A stretch of 64,000 nucleotides of DNA from Puniceicoccaceae bacterium. GTDB taxonomy: Bacteria; Verrucomicrobiota; Verrucomicrobiia; Opitutales; JAFGAQ01. Positions 1 through 7,218 of the stretch are shown one piece after another (the stretch's first letter is position 1; each line of letters opens with the position of its first letter). Location of the stretch: contig JANQOQ010000004.1 of NCBI GenBank assembly GCA_028285755.1, positions 134,720 to 198,719 on the forward strand, given 5' to 3'. A program made the position numbers and the translations under genes. The notes under the pieces are model-generated. The model worked only from the letters and a program-made list of their open reading frames with translations. It made no database searches and had not been told where the DNA came from.

Positions 1-1586
1 TCCTTACGATCTTCCGGTGTAAAGCTGAGATCCTGGTTCAGACCATGCCGGATGTTATCACCATCGAGTATATAGGCTTTTTTACCAGCGGCTACTAGCT
101 TCGCCTCCAATACCTGAGCGATTGTCGACTTTCCGGAACCGCTTAAACCTGTCAACCAGAGTGTTTGCGGCGCATGCCCCATAAGCGTATTGCGCTCGTC
201 CCGGCTTACCTGGCCTTTTTCCCAATTAACATTACGCGGGCCTGAAACGGTCTTTTTCTCCTCAACCCTCTGACGGATAATCATCCCTGCAGCAAGTGTT
301 GCATTCGTGACGGTATCAATGAGGATGAACGACCCGGTTTTACGGTTTCGGCTGTAGTTATCAAAGCTGAAGGGACGGTGCGCAGTGAAGCCCACACGGC
401 CTATTTCGTTCATCTCAAGCTCAGTGCTGTCCTCGCGACCCAAATTATTGATATCAAAGCGATAGCGGACGCCATCCAGGGTGACCGGTACCGTTTGAGT
501 GGTCGTTTTCAACAAATAGTTTCTACCGGATTGCAGTGGGGTCTCATGCATCCAGACGACGGTTGCATCAAACCCGCTTTCCACGTGTGGACGGTTATTT
601 GGATGGCTTAAAACATCTCCACGGCTGATATCGACTTCTTCATCGGTAGTTACCGTAACTGCCATCGGTGCAAAGGCTTCCGGTATTTCGCCGTTGTAGG
701 TCTCAATGCTTTTGATTTTTGCCTTTTTGCCGGATGGATTGACGATCACGCTGTCACCTTTGCGCATAATGCCGGAAACAACGGTACCGGAAAATCCGCG
801 GAAATTCAGGTCAGGCCTCAATACGTACTGCACCGGGAAGCGAAGGTCGATCAAATTGCGGTCGGCACTGATTTCAATGGCCTCCAGGTAACTTAACAAA
901 GGTCGCCCATCAAACCAGTCCATATTTTCACTGCGGTCGACTACATTATCCCCCTTAAGTGCAGAGATGGGTAAAAAGTGGATATTAACGTCCTGGAATT
1001 TCGCCGCAAAGCTCAGATAGTCTTTACGGATTTTTTCAAAAACATCCTGATCGTAGTCCACCGCATCCATCTTGTTGACGGCAATAATAAGATGGCGAAT
1101 ACCGAGCAAACTCGCAATGAAGCTGTGGCGCTTCGTCTGCGGCATGACTCCATGCCGTGCATCAATTAACACAATGGCTACATCACAGTGGCTGGCTCCG
1201 GTGGCCATATTGCGCGTATATTGCTCATGCCCCGGCGCATCACAGATTATGAAACTACGCTTTTCTGTCGAGAAGTAGCGGTAGGCGACATCGATCGTAA
1301 TCCCCTGCTCACGCTCAGCCTTAAGCCCATCGGTCAGCAGTGCCGGATCGAAATCATCATTGGTCGTCCCGTGCACCTTGGAATCTTTCATCACCGCGGC
1401 CAGCTGATCCTCGTAGATCATCTGTGAATCGTAGAGCAGACGCCCGATCAATGTAGACTTACCATCATCCACACTTCCACAGGTCAGGAAGCGAAGCATG
1501 TCTTTTTCCTCGTGGCGTTTGAGGTAGGCTGAAATATCGGAGCGGATTAAATCCTGCTCCCTCACTTTATAATTCGTTTCAGACAT
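1..1586 (-). CDS. cysN: Bifunctional sulfate adenylyltransferase subunit 1 / adenylylsulfate kinase (CysNC); C-terminal end lies beyond the window edge
   Basis: Absent from the ORF track because it has no stop in the window. My own minus-strand translation from the ATG (complement of 1584-1586) gives [51 protein letters not shown] (GTPase G1), then ..[20 protein letters not shown]... Near the window edge it gives ..[16 protein letters not shown].. and ..[23 protein letters not shown] (APS-kinase P-loop and motif). It starts 11 nt downstream of cysD. Confidence 0.9.
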   Translation of the reverse strand, partial: MSETNYKVREQDLIRSDISAYLKRHEEKDMLRFLTCGSVDDGKSTLIGRLLYDSQMIYEDQLAAVMKDSKVHGTTNDDFDPALLTDGLKAEREQGITIDVAYRYFSTEKRSFIICDAPGHEQYTRNMATGASHCDVAIVLIDARHGVMPQTKRHSFIASLLGIRHLIIAVNKMDAVDYDQDVFEKIRKDYLSFAAKFQDVNIHFLPISALKGDNVVDRSENMDWFDGRPLLSYLEAIEISADRNLIDLRFPVQYVLRPDLNFRGFSGTVVSGIMRKGDSVIVNPSGKKAKIKSIETYNGEIPEAFAPMAVTVTTDEEVDISRGDVLSHPNNRPHVESGFDATVVWMHETPLQSGRNYLLKTTTQTVPVTLDGVRYRFDINNLGREDSTELEMNEIGRVGFTAHRPFSFDNYSRNRKTGSFILIDTVTNATLAAGMIIRQRVEEKKTVSGPRNVNWEKGQVSRDERNTLMGHAPQTLWLTGLSGSGKSTIAQVLEAKLVAAGKKAYILDGDNIRHGLNQDLSFTPEDRK

Positions 1587-1597
1587 AGTCTTAATTA

Positions 1598-2506
1598 TTA
1601 GAAATAACCGTCTCGTTTTTTATCTTCCATGCTGGCACCCCCATCATAGTCGATCACTCTGCCCTGGCGCTCCGATGTCGTCGTCAGCAGCATTTCCTGA
1701 ACAATATCTTCCACGGATTCTGCTTCGGATTCTACTGCACCGGTTAGAGGATAGCAGCCAAGTGTGCGGAATCTTACCTTCTTCATTTCGGGCTTTTGGC
1801 CGGGCTCAAAGCGCATGCGATCATCATCTACCATGATCATCACACCGTCCCGCTCGACTACAGGCCTTTCCTTGGCAAAATAAAGAGGAACAATGGGAAT
1901 ATTCTCAATTTGAATATAGCGCCAGATATCGAGCTCAGTCCAGTCAGACATGGGAAATACCCGTATGGACTCCCCCTTGTTGATCTTGGTATTATATAAA
2001 TCCCAGAGCTCAGGTCGCTGGTTTTTAGGATCCCATTGGTGAAACTGATTGCGGAAGCTAAATACCCGCTCTTTGGCTCTCGATTTTTCCTCATCCCGAC
2101 GTGCACCCCCAAATGCCGCATCAAATTTATACTTGTTCAGCGCCATTTTCAGTGAATCCGTTTTCATAATTTGGGTATGTTTTTCCGTACCGAAATCAAA
2201 CGGATTCACCCCCGCTGCCCTGCCCTCTTCATTAATATGCACGATCAGATCAATGGCAGGATCGTCCGCGATCATCTGGCGAAATTTGTACATTTCCTGG
2301 AACTTCCAGGTTGTATCCACATGCAAAAGCGGGAATGGAATCTTTGCGGGATGAAAAGCTTTACGCGCCAAATGAAGGAGTACCGAAGAGTCCTTTCCGA
2401 TGCTGTAGAGCATAACCGGATTAGAAAACTCCGCAGCGACTTCACGCATGATATGGATGCTTTCAGCCTCAAGTTGCCTTAAGTGTGTGATATTGTAATC
2501 TGTCAT
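1598..2506 (-). CDS. cysD: Sulfate adenylyltransferase subunit 2 (CysD)
   Basis: 302-aa ORF. N-terminus [47 protein letters not shown] is the PAPS-reductase-fold CysD signature. Directly upstream of cysN. Confidence 0.95.
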   Translation of the reverse strand: MTDYNITHLRQLEAESIHIMREVAAEFSNPVMLYSIGKDSSVLLHLARKAFHPAKIPFPLLHVDTTWKFQEMYKFRQMIADDPAIDLIVHINEEGRAAGVNPFDFGTEKHTQIMKTDSLKMALNKYKFDAAFGGARRDEEKSRAKERVFSFRNQFHQWDPKNQRPELWDLYNTKINKGESIRVFPMSDWTELDIWRYIQIENIPIVPLYFAKERPVVERDGVMIMVDDDRMRFEPGQKPEMKKVRFRTLGCYPLTGAVESEAESVEDIVQEMLLTTTSERQGRVIDYDGGASMEDKKRDGYF

Positions 2507-2628
2507 CGTCGATTAATTAACTTGCTTGTGACAATAGGCTATTCAAGCCATTTGTGATCTTTATCAAGTAAAGAAGCGCAATAAAAAATATACTGATATG
2601 CGGTTACCCCGGATAAACAAAACTGCGC

Positions 2629-2693
2629 AAAAAAAAACATTCGGTGCTTTGAAAAGGTAACCTCCAATACCTCTAAATCCAAAGCACCGAATG
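2629..2693 (-). terminator. Rho-independent terminator-like element in the cysD leader (candidate attenuator, riboswitch expression platform, or 3' end of an unannotated sRNA)
   Basis: Perfect 14-bp inverted repeat: cattcggtgctttg (2638-2651) and caaagcaccgaatg (2680-2693). An inner 5-bp stem pairs aggta (2655-2659) with tacct (2668-2672). On the minus strand the hairpin is followed immediately by nine U (A-run 2629-2637 on plus). No U-tract follows it on the plus strand. It lies about 120 nt upstream of the cysD ATG. Confidence 0.6.
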
Positions 2694-2871
2694 CAAGAAG
2701 TTAAAAAGATAGGTAATGATGTATATTCTTTGCACTCGATTTCACTTTTCAATTTCTTTCTAAAATTGGGAATAAAGAAATCCGAACGATATCTAATTTT
2801 GATAAAATACTTAATTATTTCCGTTTTGCATTATTCTTGATGTTACAAAAGTCTGTGCTAATGATTTACTT

Positions 2872-3309
2872 ATGAGAAAGCGAATACTGGTCATAAACGG
2901 CCCCAATCTCGGACGTCTGGGTAAGCGCGAGCCGGAAATTTATGGTAGTACCACCTTGCAAGAGCTCGAAGAGCGGCTCATTGAGTATGGCAATTCGAAG
3001 GATACTGATGTCATTTGCTTTCAATCCAACCATGAAGGCCGGATAATCGATCGCCTGGAAAAAGCGGTCGATGAAGAAGTGAGTGGATGTATTTTAAATG
3101 CTGCTGCCCTAACCCATACCAGCGTAGCCCTTCTGGATGCCGTAAAAAGCTGCAACATCCCGACCGTCGAGCTCCATATCTCGAATATTCACAAACGCGA
3201 GGAATTCCGCAAAAAGAGTATCACCGCACCCGCTTGTGTTGCATCAATCTCAGGCATGGGTCTGCATGGTTACGAATACGCACTCGATTTCTTAATTAAG
3301 CAGAGCTAA
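2872..3309 (+). CDS. aroQ: 3-dehydroquinate dehydratase, type II
   Basis: 145 aa with ILVINGPNLGRLGKREPEIYG, HEG, ALTHTSVAL and ELHISNIHKREEFR blocks typical of type II dehydroquinase. Confidence 0.95.
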   Translation: MRKRILVINGPNLGRLGKREPEIYGSTTLQELEERLIEYGNSKDTDVICFQSNHEGRIIDRLEKAVDEEVSGCILNAAALTHTSVALLDAVKSCNIPTVELHISNIHKREEFRKKSITAPACVASISGMGLHGYEYALDFLIKQS

Positions 3310-3318
3310 ATTCGCTGA

Positions 3319-3735
3319 ATGAATAATAGTCCGCTACTGAAGAAGGCCTACGAATTCGCAAAAGAAGCCCGCTTGAGAGCCCATGCTCCCTACTCTGAAT
3401 TTAAAGTAGGTTGTTGCCTGAAACTCAGAAATTCGGATGAATTAATAGTCGGCTGCAATGTTGAAAACGCGAGTTACGGGCTGACGACGTGCGCAGAGCG
3501 CACCGCAATATTCAAAGCCATCGCAGAGCGAGGCACTATTGACCCTGAGTATTTGGTAGTGGTTACAGATGCAGACCCCCCTGCTCCTCCCTGCGGTCCC
3601 TGTCTGCAGGTCATGGCTGAATTTTGCCAGCCCCATTGCGAAATCTATTTGGCGAATCTTAAGGGGATACAGGAAAAACTATTGTTTAAGGAGTTACTTC
3701 CCAAGCCGTTCCACCTAAAATTTTGGAGTATCTGA
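3319..3735 (+). CDS. cdd: Cytidine deaminase
   Basis: 138 aa with the CAERTAIFKA and PCGPCLQVMAEF zinc-ligand motifs of the cytidine deaminase family. Confidence 0.85.
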   Translation: MNNSPLLKKAYEFAKEARLRAHAPYSEFKVGCCLKLRNSDELIVGCNVENASYGLTTCAERTAIFKAIAERGTIDPEYLVVVTDADPPAPPCGPCLQVMAEFCQPHCEIYLANLKGIQEKLLFKELLPKPFHLKFWSI

Positions 3736-3791
3736 TCCGATTTCAATGATAACTGCTTGAAGGTTGCTCTCAAACCGGTATAAGGATATAC

Positions 3792-4988
3792 ATGAGCTCA
3801 AACGATTCTATTACCCACCCATCCCGTCGATCATTTCTTAAAGGTTCCTTGGCTGTTGCTGGAGGAATTGCCACAGCAGGCGCTGTCAAAGCATCCGATA
3901 CTAGTCAAAAAACAAAATACAAACAACTTCCCGATGAATGGCGCAATAAGCAAAGCGGCATGACCTACCGCCGCCTTGGGCGCACCGGACTTATGGTTTC
4001 TGAAATGGTGATCGGAGGGAGTAGCAAAGTATCTAATTTTCCGGGCAAAACGGGCTTCTTTAAAGAAGCCATTGATAGTGGTGTTAACTACCTGGATACC
4101 GCAACCGCTTATGGACGAGGGCAGAGCGAAGAAGGATGGGGAGAGCTTTTTGAACAGGGCTATCGCGACAAGGTATTTATCGCTACGAAGATCAGCGGCT
4201 ACAATTCTTTTATAACCAACCTGTGTGACGAGCTCTACCAAAGTCTCTCAGCGGATAAGCAGGCAAAAGTAAATAAGATGGCTGAGGAACTGATCGCCGA
4301 ACGTGAAGTCACCAAACCGGGTTATTTTTTCAAGTTTTTCCGCTCGCACGGGAATGAAGTGGAAGGCGCATATCGCAATTATGTGGTGAGGCGTGAGTAT
4401 GGCTTCCAATCCAAGTGGAAGAAGATCGTCGAAGACAAAATGCGTGAATCGGTAGAAGCGAGCCTTACGCGTATGAAGACGGATCACATTGATGTTCTCC
4501 ATTTCCCGCACGGTTGCCGCATGCCGGAGGAGCTCATGGACGAAATCCACCTGGAAATGACAGAGAAGTTTAAAAAGGAGGGTAAAATTCGCTTCACTGG
4601 ATTTTCTTCGCATACCGACCAACCACGCGTTTTATACAAAGCTGCTGAGCTGGGTCATATTGATATGGCCATGGTTGCCTACAACATTGCCAACCAGGGA
4701 GCCATGGAACCCGCGATCGCGGCTGCGGTTAACGCAGGCATGGGCATCGTCGGCATGAAAGCGGCTGCCACGATCAGCCCGATTCAGGAAGGAATGGAGG
4801 TTCCCCAATGGCGTATTGAAAAGCTCAATACTGCGATTCCCGGCGACATGCCGCTCCCGGAAAAAGCCTACTTATGGGTCTTGCAGAACCCTAAGATAAG
4901 CGCCGTCATCTCTGAGATTAACGATGCAGACATGATGCGCCAGAATCTGGCGCTTATTGGGAAACGCGTGGAAATCAACCTCGTGTAA
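3792..4988 (+). CDS. Aldo/keto reductase with twin-arginine (Tat) signal peptide
   Basis: 398 aa. The N-terminus SRRSFLKGSLAVAGGIATAGAVKA is a Tat-type signal. MTYRRLGRTGLMVSEMVIGG.. and ..NYLDTATAYGRGQSEE.. are AKR family blocks. Confidence 0.8.
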   Translation: MSSNDSITHPSRRSFLKGSLAVAGGIATAGAVKASDTSQKTKYKQLPDEWRNKQSGMTYRRLGRTGLMVSEMVIGGSSKVSNFPGKTGFFKEAIDSGVNYLDTATAYGRGQSEEGWGELFEQGYRDKVFIATKISGYNSFITNLCDELYQSLSADKQAKVNKMAEELIAEREVTKPGYFFKFFRSHGNEVEGAYRNYVVRREYGFQSKWKKIVEDKMRESVEASLTRMKTDHIDVLHFPHGCRMPEELMDEIHLEMTEKFKKEGKIRFTGFSSHTDQPRVLYKAAELGHIDMAMVAYNIANQGAMEPAIAAAVNAGMGIVGMKAAATISPIQEGMEVPQWRIEKLNTAIPGDMPLPEKAYLWVLQNPKISAVISEINDADMMRQNLALIGKRVEINLV

Positions 4989-4990
4989 GC

Positions 4991-5794
4991 CTAATCAATG
5001 ATCGGCGCATTACCGCCGCTGTGGCTGATCGCCTGGTTTCCAGGCAACGGCAGCAACTCAATTTTTCTGAATTGAATCGGTGCGGTTTCGGCCTGGATGC
5101 TAATGTATCCGCCAGGCACGAGCTCTCCATCGTTAAACTGGGGTTTCTCATAAGTCATAACGACTTTACCATTAACACGGTGAATGACTTCCGCTGATCC
5201 ATGGATTTCCACCTCCACAGTGACCCACTGATCCCCAAAGAAATTTTCCGAAACGGAATTAGTGCAGTGGGGCTCATGGAGCTGCCCATTCATAACGACA
5301 TGGGTGTGAGGAGTGCAAAGATTAGCGGTCGTCCGAATTTTATCACCTAAACTTCCCAGAAGCTGAACTTCCAATGAAACGGGGAATTCCTGCTCTACCC
5401 GCATCGTCTCAGGTATCTGGCAATGAAGCATGAGTCCATTGTTACGAAATGCCCAGCCAGGCCCGCCTTTCACCTGCTCACCTACAAAGCGATACTCAGC
5501 ACGCAGTATGTAATGAGAAAAGGGGTTCTTATAAAAGAGATGCCCAAATTCACGCTTTATTTCATCCACCTCATCGTAAGACACTGTTAAATATCCATCC
5601 TCAACACGAAAAACATTCTTCCAGTTATAGCCTAGCGGGTATCCGTTGAATTTGGGAGTCCAGGCATCCAAATCCTCTCCATTGTATAACTGGATCCAGT
5701 CTTTTTTATGGTGCTTGGCGGATACTGAGAAGGCAGAAAATACGGCAAGTAAGATTAATACGGTTAAGGGTTTCAAAGGGGGTAATCGTTTCAT
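4991..5794 (-). CDS. Secreted DUF1080 / 3-keto-disaccharide hydrolase-like (concanavalin-type) domain protein
   Basis: 267 aa with signal peptide MKRLPPLKPLTVLILLAVFSAFSVSA. WKNVFRVEDGYLT.., ..HYILRAEYRF.., ..NNGLMLHCQ.. and C-terminal ..IQFRKIELLPL fit the DUF1080 pattern (family recalled from memory). Confidence 0.75.
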   Translation of the reverse strand: MKRLPPLKPLTVLILLAVFSAFSVSAKHHKKDWIQLYNGEDLDAWTPKFNGYPLGYNWKNVFRVEDGYLTVSYDEVDEIKREFGHLFYKNPFSHYILRAEYRFVGEQVKGGPGWAFRNNGLMLHCQIPETMRVEQEFPVSLEVQLLGSLGDKIRTTANLCTPHTHVVMNGQLHEPHCTNSVSENFFGDQWVTVEVEIHGSAEVIHRVNGKVVMTYEKPQFNDGELVPGGYISIQAETAPIQFRKIELLPLPGNQAISHSGGNAPIID

Positions 5795-5868
5795 AATGGT
5801 TCTGACTTGTAGACTCCTGATTGATTCAAATTTATTAAAGAGTCAACTTTAAGGCTATTGGGAAAACC

Positions 5869-6195
5869 TTAATCTACCTTGCAGTATATTTGATAGAGCA
5901 AACCCAGGATACTGCGAACATCATCCCGGGTGACTCTATAAAAAACTTGCTGATGATGCTTCCGGGTGCCCACCATACCCTCTGCACGCAATTTGGCCAG
6001 ATGTTGGGAGAGCGCAGACTGGCTTAAATCCAATTTTGACTGCAGCTCAGAAACCGACAACTCCTCTTCCATCAATAAATGACACAAAATCATGAGGCGC
6101 TGAGGATTACTGAGCGCATTTAGAGTAGCCGCCGCATTGCTGGCCTTATCCAGCATTTCATCGAGATTCAATTCAGAGGGAGATTCTACGGACAT
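5869..6195 (-). CDS. ArsR/SmtB-family winged-helix repressor, two-Cys SqrR/BigR-like (candidate persulfide sensor)
   Basis: 108 aa with HTH ELSVSELQSKLDLSQSALSQHLAKLRAEGMV. The only two cysteines are Cys38 (PQRLMILCHLL) and Cys105 (LLYQIYCKVD). There is no ELCVCDL-type metal site. Confidence 0.85.
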   Translation of the reverse strand: MSVESPSELNLDEMLDKASNAAATLNALSNPQRLMILCHLLMEEELSVSELQSKLDLSQSALSQHLAKLRAEGMVGTRKHHQQVFYRVTRDDVRSILGLLYQIYCKVD

Positions 6196-6211
6196 GATTT
6201 AAAGCTTTAAC

Positions 6212-6232
6212 TATATTAGAACTTTCTAAAAT
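6212..6232. promoter_or_regulatory. Candidate operator, copy 1 (dyad TTAGAA-ct-TTCTAA within TATATTAGAACTTTCTAAAAT)
   Basis: 6-2-6 inverted repeat at 6216-6229, 16 nt upstream of the ArsR-type gene start and about 100 nt upstream of the AlsD-like gene. It overlaps AT-rich -10-like hexamers (TAAAAT, TAATAT). 17/21 positions are identical to the site at 7168-7188. Confidence 0.45.
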
Positions 6233-6331
6233 AATATGCTTATGTCAATCCGTAATTAATTAAGTCGAATTTTTGGGTAACAGTCTTTAGAAAAAGAGCT
6301 ATTACTTCCAAATACCACTATTCTATCACTT

Positions 6332-7117
6332 ATGAAAAAATATTTCGTACACATTTGGGTCACAGTACTGACCTGCATCTATCTTCCTGCCGCTACAGTC
6401 ACCCAGTATTCAAGCTATGTGGGACTTCTTGAAAGACTTTTTGATGGTTTTGTGAGTATTGAGGATGCTATGAACTATGGAGATCATGGTATCGGAACCA
6501 CTCACGCATTAGACGGTGAAGTCATCATCATGGATGGAGAGATATACCGGATAAATTACGAGGGAGCAGTAGAGCGGATCAATCCCAGTGAGCTTACCCC
6601 ATACGTCACCCTTGCATTTACTCCCGAATCCGAGGCGATACCCTATAATCTACCTGCGGGCATAGCCTATGATCAGCTCGCAAATACCCTCCATAAACTG
6701 GATTCCATCGATCGCTTTGCGGAGAATCATGCGTATGCGGTGCGTATTGAGGGGAATTTCAAGTATTTAAAAGCACGTAGTGTTCCCAAGCAAACCAAGC
6801 CCTACCCTTCTCTGATCGAAATCGTGGAAAATCAATCTGTTTTTGAATTTCAGAATGAGAATTTTACCGTCATTGGCTTTTGGAACCCGGAATACGCTGC
6901 TGCCTTTAATCCGCCTAAATGGCATATCCATGGCATTAATCAAACGAGGGACGGCGGAGGACACATTCTTGATTTTATAACCGGGGATGACCTGAAGCTC
7001 TACCTTTGGAAAATGACCTCGCTTCAAATTCACCAGCCGGACACTTTAGAGTTTGAAAGCGCCGACCTAATGAAAGACCGTAGTGCAGACGTTCACCGCG
7101 TGAATAGGGATCAGTAA
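6332..7117 (+). CDS. Alpha-acetolactate decarboxylase family protein with N-terminal hydrophobic (signal/anchor-like) segment
   Basis: 261 aa. ..TQYSSYVGLLERLFDGFVSIEDAMNYGDHGIGTTHALDGEVIIMDGEIYRI.. and ..WHIHGINQTRDGGGHILDF.. match AlsD/BudA N-terminal and His-ligand blocks. The first 22 aa, MKKYFVHIWVTVLTCIYLPAAT, are hydrophobic. Confidence 0.8.
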   Translation: MKKYFVHIWVTVLTCIYLPAATVTQYSSYVGLLERLFDGFVSIEDAMNYGDHGIGTTHALDGEVIIMDGEIYRINYEGAVERINPSELTPYVTLAFTPESEAIPYNLPAGIAYDQLANTLHKLDSIDRFAENHAYAVRIEGNFKYLKARSVPKQTKPYPSLIEIVENQSVFEFQNENFTVIGFWNPEYAAAFNPPKWHIHGINQTRDGGGHILDFITGDDLKLYLWKMTSLQIHQPDTLEFESADLMKDRSADVHRVNRDQ

Positions 7118-7167
7118 ACGCTCCGCCTTTATATCTATAATTTATTAAGGATATTGGTTGACATCAT

Positions 7168-7188
7168 TATATTAGTATTTACTAAATT
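7168..7188. promoter_or_regulatory. Candidate operator, copy 2 (dyad TTAGTA-tt-TACTAA within TATATTAGTATTTACTAAATT), adjacent to a TTGACA -35-like hexamer
   Basis: 6-2-6 inverted repeat at 7172-7185. TTGACA lies at 7158-7163, 4 nt upstream of the 21-mer. The site ends 30 nt before the ATG of the 822-aa ORF. It is the same motif as 6212-6232, with a compensatory A/T to T/A swap that keeps the dyad. Confidence 0.45.
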
Positions 7189-7218
7189 AGATAAAACTAA
7201 TTTTTAAATCCAATTACC

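Noticed and set aside
2564-2752. 62-aa minus-strand ORF in the cysD leader containing three Cys codons (possible Cys-sensing leader peptide)
   Set aside because: The ORF runs straight through the terminator hairpin and U-tract instead of ending before it. It lies in AT-rich DNA, where such ORFs arise by chance, and has no convincing RBS. I cannot support it as a gene.
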